A stretch of DNA of 64,000 nucleotides from a virus, in IMG/VR virus record IMGVR_UViG_3300042301_005010, positions 3,341 to 67,340 of that record. One strand, given 5' to 3'. Numbering within the stretch: position 1 is the stretch's first letter; every line of letters starts with the position of its first letter. The position numbers and the translations under genes were made by a program. Shown piece after piece: positions 8,788-18,009 of this stretch. Under the pieces are notes generated by a model. It searched no databases, had not been told where the DNA came from, and saw nothing but the letters and a program-made list of their open reading frames with translations.

Positions 8788-9438
8788 ATGGTCAAGCGCC
8801 GCACCCCCCTGGCAGCAGTCACCGCCCCGACCGAAACCACGCTGGAGGCACTGCTCCAAGACCCCACGAACGCCCGGCGCCGCACCCAGCGCAGCACCGG
8901 GATGATCGAGCGCTCGCTGCGCGAGTTTGGCGCTGCCCGCTCCCTGGTGGTGGATGAAACCGGCAGGATCCTCGCCGGCAATGGCACCGCCGAGGCAGCC
9001 GCCGCCATCGGCATCGAGCGGGTGCTGGTGGTCCCGGCCGATGGCCGCACCCTGATTGCCGTGCAGCGGACGGATCTTTCCCCAGCACAAAAGGCGGAAT
9101 ACGGGGTGGCGGACAACCGCTCCAGTGACACCTCGGAGTTCAACGGCGCGGCGCTGGCGGCCCTGCTGGAAGACCATGCGGAGCTGGACCTGAGCCCGTG
9201 GTTCACCGACGACGAGTTCAAGGCCCTGGTCGACGGGATCGATGAGCTTCCGGATCCACCAGCGCCCCCGGAGACCTCCCCGGGCCTGACGGTCCAGCTG
9301 GTGTTTCCTGACCAGGAGGCCCTGGTGGAGTTCCAGCAGCTGATGGGCCGCCTGGCGGAGGCGCTGCCGGAGGAGGAGAGCACCGAAGCCCGCCTGGCGC
9401 GTGCGGTGGAGGCCCTGCTAGCCCACCGGGGCCGCTGA
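8788..9438 (+). CDS. ParB/Srx N-terminal domain protein
   Basis: DPTNARR, IERSLREFG, LVVDETGRILAGNGT..AA, ADNR. Confidence 0.85.
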   Translation: MVKRRTPLAAVTAPTETTLEALLQDPTNARRRTQRSTGMIERSLREFGAARSLVVDETGRILAGNGTAEAAAAIGIERVLVVPADGRTLIAVQRTDLSPAQKAEYGVADNRSSDTSEFNGAALAALLEDHAELDLSPWFTDDEFKALVDGIDELPDPPAPPETSPGLTVQLVFPDQEALVEFQQLMGRLAEALPEEESTEARLARAVEALLAHRGR

Positions 9439-9441
9439 GCC

Positions 9442-10290
9442 GTGGCCGCCACCGCCTACCGCCCTGCTCTGCCCGCGGTGCCCCCACCTGCTTGCCGCGG
9501 CAGCGACATGAGCCTGAAGGATCATGACCGGGTCTATACCCTCCACCAGCAGGGCGTCTCAGCCCGTGAGATCGCGGACGAGCTGGGGCGGAGCCTTAGC
9601 TGCATCTACGGGAGCCTCGCCGATTCCCGCCGGAGCCGTGGGGAGGTGCTTAGGTTCCGGGGCTTCACCAACCACCTCCAGGCCGGTGGAGATGGGATCG
9701 TCACCCAGAAGCCCCGGCTTTCGGTGGCGGTGGTGGTGCACCGCTACCTGGCCGAGGAGAGCATCGAGGCCCTGGCCAGCAGCTATGAGGTGAGCCGTGC
9801 GGCGATTCGCCGCCTGCTGGTGACGGCCGGCGTCACCATCCGGGCGAAGAGGCGCAGCGTCACCGACCGCTACCGGCCGTGGACCCACGACGAGAGCGCC
9901 ACCTGCCTGCGGTTGCGGGCGCTGGGCCATGACGCCTCGCTCATCGGGCAGATGATCAATCGCAGCACCCTGGCGGTGCGCTGCTGGCTGCGGGAGCACG
10001 ATCGCCCCAACAATTCGGCCCGGATGGTCGAGAGGGCCCGCCGCCGCCGCGGTGAGCTCTTGCCGGAGGAAATGCCATCGGATGAGGTGCTTGAGCAGCT
10101 GCGCAAGGGCTGGATCGAGGGCCAGACCGTTGCCGCCATGGCCCGTGAGTTCGCCATCCCATCCGCCATCGTTTCCGGTGCCCTGAAGCGATCTGGGATC
10201 CTGGTGAAACGTGGCCCCAAACCCAACCCGGTTGCGCCAGGCCGCGGCCGCCCTGCCACCTCGCGGAATGCCGCTGTTTCAGGTTCCTAA
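9442..10290 (+). CDS. Multi-HTH DNA-binding protein
   Basis: Several HTH-like units (GVSAREIADELGRS, SIEALASSYEVSRAAIRRLL, TVAAMAREFAIP). Confidence 0.7.
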   Translation: MAATAYRPALPAVPPPACRGSDMSLKDHDRVYTLHQQGVSAREIADELGRSLSCIYGSLADSRRSRGEVLRFRGFTNHLQAGGDGIVTQKPRLSVAVVVHRYLAEESIEALASSYEVSRAAIRRLLVTAGVTIRAKRRSVTDRYRPWTHDESATCLRLRALGHDASLIGQMINRSTLAVRCWLREHDRPNNSARMVERARRRRGELLPEEMPSDEVLEQLRKGWIEGQTVAAMAREFAIPSAIVSGALKRSGILVKRGPKPNPVAPGRGRPATSRNAAVSGS

Positions 10291-10293
10291 CCT

Positions 10294-10785
10294 TTGAGCA
10301 GGAGGAACCCTGGGGTGGCAAAAAGGAAAGCCGGGGCCACCCCCCCAAAGCCACCTCAAGATCGCACCCTATCCAGGGCGGCAGAACGCAACTACCGGGT
10401 GCATGCCCTGCTGGGCATGGCGGTGAAGCAGGGCTTCGGGCCGAAGGATCTGATGGACGTGGCCATCAGGGGCTGGCGGGTCAGCCCTGCCGTTGCCTCG
10501 AAGCTGGTCGGCGAGGCCTATGAATTGGCCGTCACCAGCACCAGCCTCTACGACAAGCTGCGGATGGCCTCCATCCAGCTTTGTCGGATGGAAGACCTCC
10601 TGAAGAAGGCCATGGCCAGCAAACAGCTGGGCGTCGCCCTGGGGGTGAACCGTGAGATCAACCAGCTGATTCTCACCGTCGAGAAGTTTGAGAAGGCGCT
10701 GGAAGAGGTCGGCGACGGCGGTGCTGGGGCTGAACCCCTGACACCAGAGGAGCAGGAGGCCGAGGACCGGGCCGGTGATTTCTGA
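10294..10785 (+). CDS. Putative terminase small subunit
   Basis: Size, helical character and TGATG coupling to the large terminase. Confidence 0.55.
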   Translation: MSRRNPGVAKRKAGATPPKPPQDRTLSRAAERNYRVHALLGMAVKQGFGPKDLMDVAIRGWRVSPAVASKLVGEAYELAVTSTSLYDKLRMASIQLCRMEDLLKKAMASKQLGVALGVNREINQLILTVEKFEKALEEVGDGGAGAEPLTPEEQEAEDRAGDF

Positions 10786-12341
10786 TGGACTGGGACGACG
10801 AGGCCTGGGCTGAATACGACGCCCAGCTCCGTAGCCAGACCTCCTGTTACAGCTGGCCCCGGACGGGTCCCGCCGGCCTGCACATCCCCCGGAAGCAAGC
10901 TGTTCTTCGCCCCCTGCTGCAGTACGCCCCCCGCCGGGGGCTCTTCTCTGCGGCGCAACGTGTGCAGCCATGGGACCAGCTTCCGAAGCGCTGGCCCGAC
11001 TTCGCCGCCCGCACCTTCATCGCCTCCCAGGGCAAGTACCTCCCCTTCGTTCCCTTCGACTACCAGCTGGATCTGATCCGCACGATCAGGACCCACCAGA
11101 ACACCTACGTGCTCAAGAGCCGGCAGACCGGCGTAAGCGAGACCGTCATCTCCTACATGCTCCAGCAAGCCATCCAGCGGCCGGCGTGGACCGGGATCAT
11201 TTTTTCCAAAACGGGGGATGACGCTTCAGAGCTTGCGGCTCGAATCAAGGGCCAGGCCGCATCCCTGCGCTCCGCCTGCCCTCCCCTCCCGAAGGACAGC
11301 GCTCGGAAGCTGGTGTTTCAGGGCCGCGGCTCCCTGCACTTCCTGCCCCCCACCGAGAGGGCCGCCCGGGGCATCCCGTCAGCGTCGATGATCTTCTTCG
11401 ATGAAGGCGCCTACATCGAGAAGCTGGCCGGCATCGAGACCGGCGCGATGCCGACCCTGAAGATGCTGGGCATCAGGGCCCGTGCGGTCTGGGCCACCAC
11501 TCCAAATGGCCGAAGCGGCCGCTTCCACGAGCACTGGAGCACAAACCATGGAGAGATCCAGGTCGGCGATCAGCTAGTCAACGGCATCCCCACCCTGCAG
11601 TGCAGCCCTAACGGTGAGTTCGCCAAGGTGGCGATCCACTGGAGCCAACATCCGCTCTACGTTCTGGATCCGGATTTTGCCGAGAACACCCGCCGCAAGT
11701 ACCAGCTCACTGAGCAGCGCTACCGGCAGGAGTTCGAGCTCGACTTCGCCGCCACCGATGCGGAGGTCTACCCGCATCACTTGATCGAAGCGGCCGAGGC
11801 CATCGGCGGCCTGCAGCTGGCCACCAGGGGCCACTCTTACGTGATCGGAATCGACCCCAACGGATCCGGCGACGACGAATGGGTCACCACGGTGCTCGAC
11901 ATCACCTCCAACCCCTGGCAGGTGGTGGCCCGTTTCAACGACGCCCGCCGCAGCCGCGACTACGGCCTGCAGCGCACCGCCCGCCTCATCGACCAGTACA
12001 GCCCCGAGATGGTGGCGATCGAGAACAACGGCGTCGGGGCCAACGTGGGGGAGGCCCTGTCGATCCTCCGGCCCGGTGTGCCGATCGAGGAGTTCGCCAC
12101 CTCCAAGCCCTCGAAGCTCCGCATGACCGACAGGGTGCTGCTGCTGCTCGAGCAGGGCGAGCTGGGGATCCCCCCGGACGACATCTACGGCAAGCAGATG
12201 CGCACCTTTCGCCAAGGGGCCGACGGCACCCGCGAGGCCGCGGCCGGCTGCCAAGACGACGCGGTCATGTCCCTGGCTGCAGCTTGTGAAGCCGGCGCCA
12301 GAACGCGGCCGATGATGGCCGAATGGGTCAAGATGGTGTGA
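10785..12341 (+). CDS. terL: Terminase large subunit
   Basis: Walker A VLKSRQTGVSE, Walker B IFFDEG, TTPNG, nuclease IGIDP and QDDAVMSLA. Confidence 0.95.
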   Translation: MDWDDEAWAEYDAQLRSQTSCYSWPRTGPAGLHIPRKQAVLRPLLQYAPRRGLFSAAQRVQPWDQLPKRWPDFAARTFIASQGKYLPFVPFDYQLDLIRTIRTHQNTYVLKSRQTGVSETVISYMLQQAIQRPAWTGIIFSKTGDDASELAARIKGQAASLRSACPPLPKDSARKLVFQGRGSLHFLPPTERAARGIPSASMIFFDEGAYIEKLAGIETGAMPTLKMLGIRARAVWATTPNGRSGRFHEHWSTNHGEIQVGDQLVNGIPTLQCSPNGEFAKVAIHWSQHPLYVLDPDFAENTRRKYQLTEQRYRQEFELDFAATDAEVYPHHLIEAAEAIGGLQLATRGHSYVIGIDPNGSGDDEWVTTVLDITSNPWQVVARFNDARRSRDYGLQRTARLIDQYSPEMVAIENNGVGANVGEALSILRPGVPIEEFATSKPSKLRMTDRVLLLLEQGELGIPPDDIYGKQMRTFRQGADGTREAAAGCQDDAVMSLAAACEAGARTRPMMAEWVKMV

Positions 12342-12565
12342 ACCCAGAACATCAGTACCTGATGATGCCCCTGTCCCGCCCCACAGACTGCGCGGCAGTC
12401 GGCGGCCCCACGATCAGCCGTGTCCAAGGCTGCATCAACGACGAGATGAAGGAGTGCGTGGTTTGCGGCGATGCCGTGGTGCACGACATGACCGAAGACT
12501 CCTTCTTCGGTTTTGGCTGCTCCTGCCCCTATGGATCACCGAAAAAGGAGGAGCGCGAGCCATGA
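12338..12565 (+). CDS. Small Cys-rich hypothetical protein
   Basis: Overlapping start/stop on both sides. Confidence 0.4.
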   Translation: MNPEHQYLMMPLSRPTDCAAVGGPTISRVQGCINDEMKECVVCGDAVVHDMTEDSFFGFGCSCPYGSPKKEEREP

Positions 12566-13023
12566 CCGTCATCTTTGAGGCGCGCAACTGCGGCACTGCC
12601 AGCAACAATCACTGGAAGGTCGAGCTGCTGGACGAGCCTGGCCGGATCCCCGGCCTGATCCGGTTTCACATGCAGACGCGCATGGCCACCCGCCTCGATC
12701 AGGTCGCGCAGTGGCTGCCCGAGGGCCGCTGGGCTGCGGGCCGCTGGAGGCCCGATCCGCCGACCGTGCCGAAGTGGCTCATTGCCAGGGTTGAGGCCGC
12801 CCTGCAGCAGGGGGTGGCGTGTGACCCACCCCCACCTCGACCACGCCGAGGAAGGCGCATAACCACCCCCAACTGCTCCAACTGCTCCACCCCGGTGCAG
12901 GACCCTGCTGAAAGGTGGCCGGATGAATCCAAAGGCACGCTCTGCCAGTGCTGCTGGGAGGCCTACTCCAGCCGGCTCTGGTGGGTAGCAGTTCACCCTC
13001 TGCTGATTCTCGAAGCGCGATGA
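12562..13023 (+). CDS. Hypothetical protein with C-terminal Zn ribbon
   Basis: CSNC...CQCCWE; ATGA overlaps. Confidence 0.55.
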   Translation: MTVIFEARNCGTASNNHWKVELLDEPGRIPGLIRFHMQTRMATRLDQVAQWLPEGRWAAGRWRPDPPTVPKWLIARVEAALQQGVACDPPPPRPRRGRRITTPNCSNCSTPVQDPAERWPDESKGTLCQCCWEAYSSRLWWVAVHPLLILEAR

Positions 13024-13430
13024 CCCACCCAATCCCCTACCAGTGCGTTACGGCCGGTGAACCGTCACGGGCCAACCCGCCCCTCTCGTTACTTGTGCGT
13101 TACAGTATGGGCATCGGGGGGGGGAAGCCCCGCCACCGCCAACCCTCAGTCATGTCAATTTTTTGTGTTTACGAGCAACAAGCCGTCTGGCTTTTTGCCA
13201 GCAAAAACGAGGCTTTGGATTTTAACCGTTCCAGATCAGAGGAACACCGATGGTCCAAGGTTTCCCCGTTTGACGGTCGCCCGTTCTCTCCCAGAGATTC
13301 CAACAGGCCAACCGAGCCCGGGCCCGGCCAGGAGCGCTGTCGCAGGATCCAGCGCCACTGCCGCAAATGGTGGCAGGCATACGAAGCCTGGAACAAGGCA
13401 GGAGGGCTAAGCAGTTCTGACTTTGCCTGA
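13020..13430 (+). CDS. Hypothetical protein
   Basis: ATGA overlap; lower GC. Confidence 0.4.
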   Translation: MTHPIPYQCVTAGEPSRANPPLSLLVRYSMGIGGGKPRHRQPSVMSIFCVYEQQAVWLFASKNEALDFNRSRSEEHRWSKVSPFDGRPFSPRDSNRPTEPGPGQERCRRIQRHCRKWWQAYEAWNKAGGLSSSDFA

Positions 13431-13824
13431 CCCCCACGGGCCGCCGGGCCTGCCCCCGCCTCTCAACCAGGAGCAGCAACAGCTGCTGGATCAGTGGCAG
13501 CGAACCGCCGCTATCGAACTGAGCGAGGGCGAAGATCTCACCAACTTCAACCGCTCGGCAGCCGGCATCGCCTACATGCTCTCCAACCTCAGATCTGAGA
13601 TCACCGGTGCCTCCGGCCTGCCTCACACCCTGCTATGGGGTGAATCCCCCTCCGGCCTGGGGGCCGACACCGATCAGCTGGCGGCAGCCTTCCGCCCCTT
13701 TGGCATTGCAGCCCATCGCATTGTGGCCGTGCTTGAACGCCTAATTATTCAAGCCGAGCGAGGTAGCCCCATCGGCCGCAAGCGGCGCGCACGCCGTGCC
13801 AGAGGCCGCCGCCGCCATGCCTGA
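13423..13824 (+). CDS. Small protein carrying an in-frame 47-aa portal-derived segment
   Basis: 13528-13668 is about 90% identical to portal 16960-17100. Confidence 0.65.
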   Translation: MPDPHGPPGLPPPLNQEQQQLLDQWQRTAAIELSEGEDLTNFNRSAAGIAYMLSNLRSEITGASGLPHTLLWGESPSGLGADTDQLAAAFRPFGIAAHRIVAVLERLIIQAERGSPIGRKRRARRARGRRRHA

Positions 13825-14026
13825 CCCCAGCAAGTGGGCCCGCTACCGGGCCCGGCTGGCCGGCGCCCTCCCCCCGGTGCCGCTGTGCCCCACCTGCGGG
13901 AAGCAGATCCGTGGTGCGGGCCGTGATGGCCTCTGCTCCCGCTGCTGGGCTGTCACGCCAGACGGCCGGGAAGACCTTAGGCAGCGAGTTGCTCGCTCTC
14001 GTCGGCGAGCTGCAGGGGCGAGCTGA
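13817..14026 (+). CDS. Small Zn-finger protein
   Basis: CPTC...CSRC. Confidence 0.55.
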   Translation: MPDPSKWARYRARLAGALPPVPLCPTCGKQIRGAGRDGLCSRCWAVTPDGREDLRQRVARSRRRAAGAS

Positions 14027-14044
14027 GCAGTTTCCACCGCTTCG

Positions 14045-14350
14045 TCAGCACCACCAGCACCACCAGGGCCGCTTGCCTGCTGGACTTAGAGCGGCTGCCA
14101 CCTCCAACTCACTAATTCGCCGGGCGGCCTTCTCCACGGTCCGTTGAAGAATTGCCTCCTCCCGGGCCAGCAGCAGTGCCTGGTGCAGCACGGCCTCAGG
14201 ATTGCGCTTGAACATCTTGCGCACCTCCAGCTCCTGCACCTTGAGCCGAAACTCAACCTCCTCGGTGAGCTCAGGCACCCGCCAATGGCCCCATCCCATC
14301 TCAGGCAGCCCTCCGGCGGATTTCAGCAACTGCATCAGGGTTTTCTTCAC
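14045..14350 (-). CDS. Hypothetical coiled-coil protein
   Basis: End of the leftward operon. Confidence 0.5.
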   Translation of the reverse strand: MKKTLMQLLKSAGGLPEMGWGHWRVPELTEEVEFRLKVQELEVRKMFKRNPEAVLHQALLLAREEAILQRTVEKAARRISELEVAAALSPAGKRPWWCWWC

Positions 14351-14678
14351 GCCAGCGCTGCCAGCTTTCGTCTGTGAGCTTCAAGTTCAGCCATTCCGGC
14401 GTGTCCGGCTTCGACTTGAAGGGCGACTGTCCCGCTGTGCAGCGTTCGCACAGATTCACCCACTCTTCTTCGCCAGATGAATCTTCTCGACAGCCCATGT
14501 TCATGTGCTGATCGCAGAAGTATCGGCCGCAGCCATGCTCGTCGCCATCGTGCATCCCTCCGCAAACGTGGGAGAGCCCGCGATTGATGGGCGCTGAGCA
14601 ATCGGGATGGTCGCAGACTGATGGGACGCCATAGCCGACGTCGCGGCCTTGTGCGTTTTCGCCGACAGCCCATCCCAT
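14301..14678 (-). CDS. Cys/His-rich conserved phage protein
   Basis: MGW..G....GRDVGYGV...CDHPDC...I.RGL..VCGG...GCGRYFC; coupled to the LexA-like gene. Confidence 0.7.
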   Translation of the reverse strand: MGWAVGENAQGRDVGYGVPSVCDHPDCSAPINRGLSHVCGGMHDGDEHGCGRYFCDQHMNMGCREDSSGEEEWVNLCERCTAGQSPFKSKPDTPEWLNLKLTDESWQRWREENPDAVAEIRRRAA

Positions 14679-14965
14679 CAGACCGGCCTCCGACGCTTCG
14701 GCCGGGGCCACAGCACCCGCACGGACCGAGGCACTCCATCACGCAGCTCAATGGCTCCGGCCTGCTGGAGATGCTTGAAATGGGCCTGGATCGTGGAGGT
14801 GCTGGCCAGCTCCCGCACTTGCATGACATCTCGAAACGACGGCGGAATGCCGTGCTGATCGATGTACTGCCTCACTGCGTTCAAGGTGAGCTGCTGTGAT
14901 TCGCTCAGCCCGCGCTCGGTCTGGATCTTGCCTGCAGGGCCAGGGCCGTTGGCCGCTTCCGCCAT
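14678..14965 (-). CDS. LexA-type DNA-binding domain only (no S24 peptidase)
   Basis: LSESQQLTLNAVRQYIDQHGIPPSFRDV......STSTIQAHFKHLQQAGAI....GVPRSV. Confidence 0.88.
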   Translation of the reverse strand: MAEAANGPGPAGKIQTERGLSESQQLTLNAVRQYIDQHGIPPSFRDVMQVRELASTSTIQAHFKHLQQAGAIELRDGVPRSVRVLWPRPKRRRPV

Positions 14966-15020
14966 GGATTCACAACGTCGTTACACCGGGATGAACTTAC
15001 TCCCAACTAGCGCACCAGTG

Positions 15021-15941
15021 CTACGCGGCCAGCGGGAACAGAAGCAGCTGCTGCTCAATCTCAATCTCGATCACCAGCAGCTCCACCTGGTCCCCGCCGG
15101 GCTGGTGATCGGCGGCCATCAGGTGCTGCGCCATCGCCAGCGCTCGCTCCCACAGCCGTTCGGCGGCCAACCGGGTGATCCCCATCGCCAGGCCGGCCTC
15201 CTGGCAGGTGTGCCCGGCCAGCCGGCGCCTCATGATCTCCCGCAGATCAGGCCAGGGTTCAAGCGCCTCCAGCACTTGGGCACGCTCTGTGGTCGTAGTG
15301 TCCGCTGTTGTCGTTGGTGCCGCCACGGTGGTGATGTAGGCATCCCCTTCGCCATCGTTCATCAAGGAATCGAGCGAAACCACCTGCCGGACGGCGGCCG
15401 CCTGCCGCAGGATCCGCAGGTCGGCGGCGCTGAGCCCCATCCCCTCCATCGCCTCCTGATCCGTCGGTGAGCGACCCTCACGGGCTGTGAAGGCCTCCAC
15501 CCATTGGCGCAGCTGGTTCATCTTCGATGCCCGCTTCACTGGGAGTCGAATCGAACCGCTGGTGTGCACCATCCGGGTCATCGACTGCCGGATCCACGGA
15601 ACCGCATAGGTCGCGAAACTGAAGCCCCGCGTGGGGTCGAATTTCTCCGCCGCCCTGGTGAGCCCGATCGCACCCTCCTGGATCAGGTCCTGCGGCTCCA
15701 GGGCCACCACCGACGACACCGAGAACGAGCGGGCCTGTGTCGCCACCAGCAGCATGTTGCGAGAAACCATCTGCTCCCGCGCCCGCCGGCCGGCCCGCTG
15801 CACACCAGGCGGGGCCTCATCTGGCGCTGGATCCCAATCCAGCCACTTCCGGATGGCCCGGCCCAGCAGCACCTGCTCCTCCCTGGAGGGGATGGGCAGC
15901 TGCGCATACGCACCGAGCAGCGAATCGAGCGGGGAGCCCAA
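15021..15941 (-). CDS. Phage-encoded sigma-70 family factor (RpoD/group 2-like)
   Basis: REQMVSRNMLLV, DLIQEGAIGLTRAAEKFDPTRGFSFATYAVPWIRQSM, IRLP, VVSLD. Start could be 15941 or 16007. Confidence 0.92.
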   Translation of the reverse strand: MGSPLDSLLGAYAQLPIPSREEQVLLGRAIRKWLDWDPAPDEAPPGVQRAGRRAREQMVSRNMLLVATQARSFSVSSVVALEPQDLIQEGAIGLTRAAEKFDPTRGFSFATYAVPWIRQSMTRMVHTSGSIRLPVKRASKMNQLRQWVEAFTAREGRSPTDQEAMEGMGLSAADLRILRQAAAVRQVVSLDSLMNDGEGDAYITTVAAPTTTADTTTTERAQVLEALEPWPDLREIMRRRLAGHTCQEAGLAMGITRLAAERLWERALAMAQHLMAADHQPGGDQVELLVIEIEIEQQLLLFPLAA

Positions 15942-16014
15942 CGGACTAGGGCTGATGTTCGGCCCCAGCCTATGGCGCGTAACGTCGCTTGCCAGTGATA
16001 TAGCCAACTCGCCA

Positions 16015-16025
16015 GGCCTACCCTG
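16015..16025 (+). promoter_or_regulatory. Putative late promoter -10 (GGCC-TACCCT), one of several copies
   Basis: The same motif lies 20-28 nt before starts at 16045, 26229, 54596, 56104 and 61186. Confidence 0.45.
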
Positions 16026-16044
16026 GGCCTAAGCGCTAAGACCA

Positions 16045-18009
16045 GTGACGATCGGTTTCCTGCAAGACGCTGATTCCCGTTCTGAATGGCGGCTTGATGG
16101 CGCCCTGATCAACGTCCTCACCGGCCTGGGCACCGCAAAGGACCGAAACGAGGCGATCGGCGTCAAGGGCTCCCGGATCCTCTCTGAGTCTGCTGTCAAT
16201 GCCCTCTATGAGCAGAGCTTTCTGATCCGCCGGATCGTGGAGAAACTCCCCCAGCAGGGCACCCGCAGCGGCTGGGACCTGTCGGTGGGGGATGAAACCT
16301 CCAGCCGCATGAAGGCCCAGCTCGACGATGTCGTTGGTTGGACCGAAAAGCTCCACCTGCGCCAGGGCCTGGCCGCGGCCGCCACCTACAGCCGCCTTTA
16401 TGGCGGTGGCGCCCTGGTGGTGATCGCCGACGACCGCACGCCGATCGACAAACCTCTGAACCTCAGGCGGCTCCAGACCATCCACGGCTTCTACCCGATC
16501 GATCGTTGGCGCCTCTACCCCGCCGCCGGCTGGTCCGGCATCGGCGAGCCGGAAAACTACTGGTTCTGGACTCAGGCCGATCGGGAGCTGCAGAAGCTCA
16601 ACGATCAGGCGGGCAGCAAGGTAATGACCAGTGCTGGCCTGGGCCTCACCGAAGCCACCCAAATTGAGATCCACAGCAGCCGGGTGATCCGCATCGAGGG
16701 GCTCCCCTGCTCCTGGCGCTCCCAGCAACAGCGGCAGTGGTGGGGGCTTTCTGTGGTGGACCTGGTCTGGGATGTCTTCAAGCGGTGGGAGACCGGTCAG
16801 CAATCGGCGGCCGACATCCTCCACGACTTCGACCTGGTGGTGCACAAGCTGCCGGGCCTGGCCAACATGCTCGCCAGCGGTGGGGAGGACAAGCTCCGCC
16901 AACGGCTGCAGGCCAACGCCCTGGCCCGCAGCACCATCGGCGCCTACCTCCTGAACGACGGCGAGGAGCTCACCAACCTCAACCGCTCGGCAGCCGGCAT
17001 CGCCGACATCATCGCCAACCTCAAAAGCGAGATCACCGGCGCCTCCGGCCTGCCCCACACCCTGCTATGGGGTGAGTCCCCCTCCGGCCTGGGGGCCGAC
17101 GGTCGCAGTGAACAGGCCGCCTTTGGCAACGACGTGGCCGACTGGCAGGCCCAGCACCTCAAAGAGCCCCTGCGGCGGGTCTACGAGGTGGTGATGGCCT
17201 GCGCCGATGGCCCATGGGCAGGGAAAGCCCCCCCCGCCGACTGGGAGATCACCTTCCGGCCCACCTACACCCCCACGGAAGACGAACAGGCTGAGCTGCG
17301 GTCAAAGGTCGCGACAGCCGACGCCCAGTACATCCAAGCCGGTGTGCTGCAGCCCAACGAGGTGGCCCTGGCCCGCTTCGGGAAACCCCGCTTCAGCCTG
17401 GACACCACTCTGTTGAATCGGGAGGCCGATGGATCCATCCCCCAGCCGAAGCAGCCGGAGGCGGTGGAGTTTGGCGGCAGCCTCGAGGGCGCTCCAGCGG
17501 CGGCCCCTGATGCTGCCCCTGCAGAGGAGAATCCAGCCATCACCGGCCCCGCTATCCCCGAGGCCCCCCCCCGCGCCGATTCCGACGACGAACCCTGCTG
17601 CAGCGACTGTGAAACGCGATCGCAGGAGTTGGCAGAGAAGATCAGCAGCAACCGGGCCCGCCGCAAGCGGCGCCGGGATGAGGAGCCCCGCAACGATGCC
17701 ACCGGCCAGGTGGTGGAGATCCTGGGGGTGGCGATCCGCATGGATGGCCCCGGAATCGGCCGCCTGCTGGGCCCCTACGGGCAGACCCTGCCCTATCCCG
17801 TGGCGGTGGGTCCTGATCTGAGCGGTGTCTGGGAGGTGTTCGAGCCCAGCAGCGGCGCCTACCTGCTGGCCATGGGGCACCAGCACCAGCGGGGGATCCG
17901 TGATGCCATCGGCGCCGAGCCCACCATTCGCCGGATCAGTGCCATCGACCTGGTAGCCATGGGCGCCCTGTGTGATGCCTACCTTGCCGGAGATAGGGCA
18001 GAAGGATGA
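16045..18009 (+). CDS. Portal protein (DUF1073 type) with C-terminal extension
   Basis: N.LTGLG, LY....IRRIV, RLYGGG, IHSSRV, WGLS, SGLPHTLLWGESPSGL; lies downstream of the terminase. Confidence 0.9.
   Translation: MTIGFLQDADSRSEWRLDGALINVLTGLGTAKDRNEAIGVKGSRILSESAVNALYEQSFLIRRIVEKLPQQGTRSGWDLSVGDETSSRMKAQLDDVVGWTEKLHLRQGLAAAATYSRLYGGGALVVIADDRTPIDKPLNLRRLQTIHGFYPIDRWRLYPAAGWSGIGEPENYWFWTQADRELQKLNDQAGSKVMTSAGLGLTEATQIEIHSSRVIRIEGLPCSWRSQQQRQWWGLSVVDLVWDVFKRWETGQQSAADILHDFDLVVHKLPGLANMLASGGEDKLRQRLQANALARSTIGAYLLNDGEELTNLNRSAAGIADIIANLKSEITGASGLPHTLLWGESPSGLGADGRSEQAAFGNDVADWQAQHLKEPLRRVYEVVMACADGPWAGKAPPADWEITFRPTYTPTEDEQAELRSKVATADAQYIQAGVLQPNEVALARFGKPRFSLDTTLLNREADGSIPQPKQPEAVEFGGSLEGAPAAAPDAAPAEENPAITGPAIPEAPPRADSDDEPCCSDCETRSQELAEKISSNRARRKRRRDEEPRNDATGQVVEILGVAIRMDGPGIGRLLGPYGQTLPYPVAVGPDLSGVWEVFEPSSGAYLLAMGHQHQRGIRDAIGAEPTIRRISAIDLVAMGALCDAYLAGDRAEG

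Noticed and set aside
13528-17100. DGR template/variable repeat pair
   Set aside because: Mismatches are not adenine-specific and no reverse transcriptase was found.
16045-18009. Anti-CBASS Acb1 activity of the DUF1073 protein
   Set aside because: No paired HxT/S 2H-phosphoesterase motifs were recognised in the extension; called as portal only.
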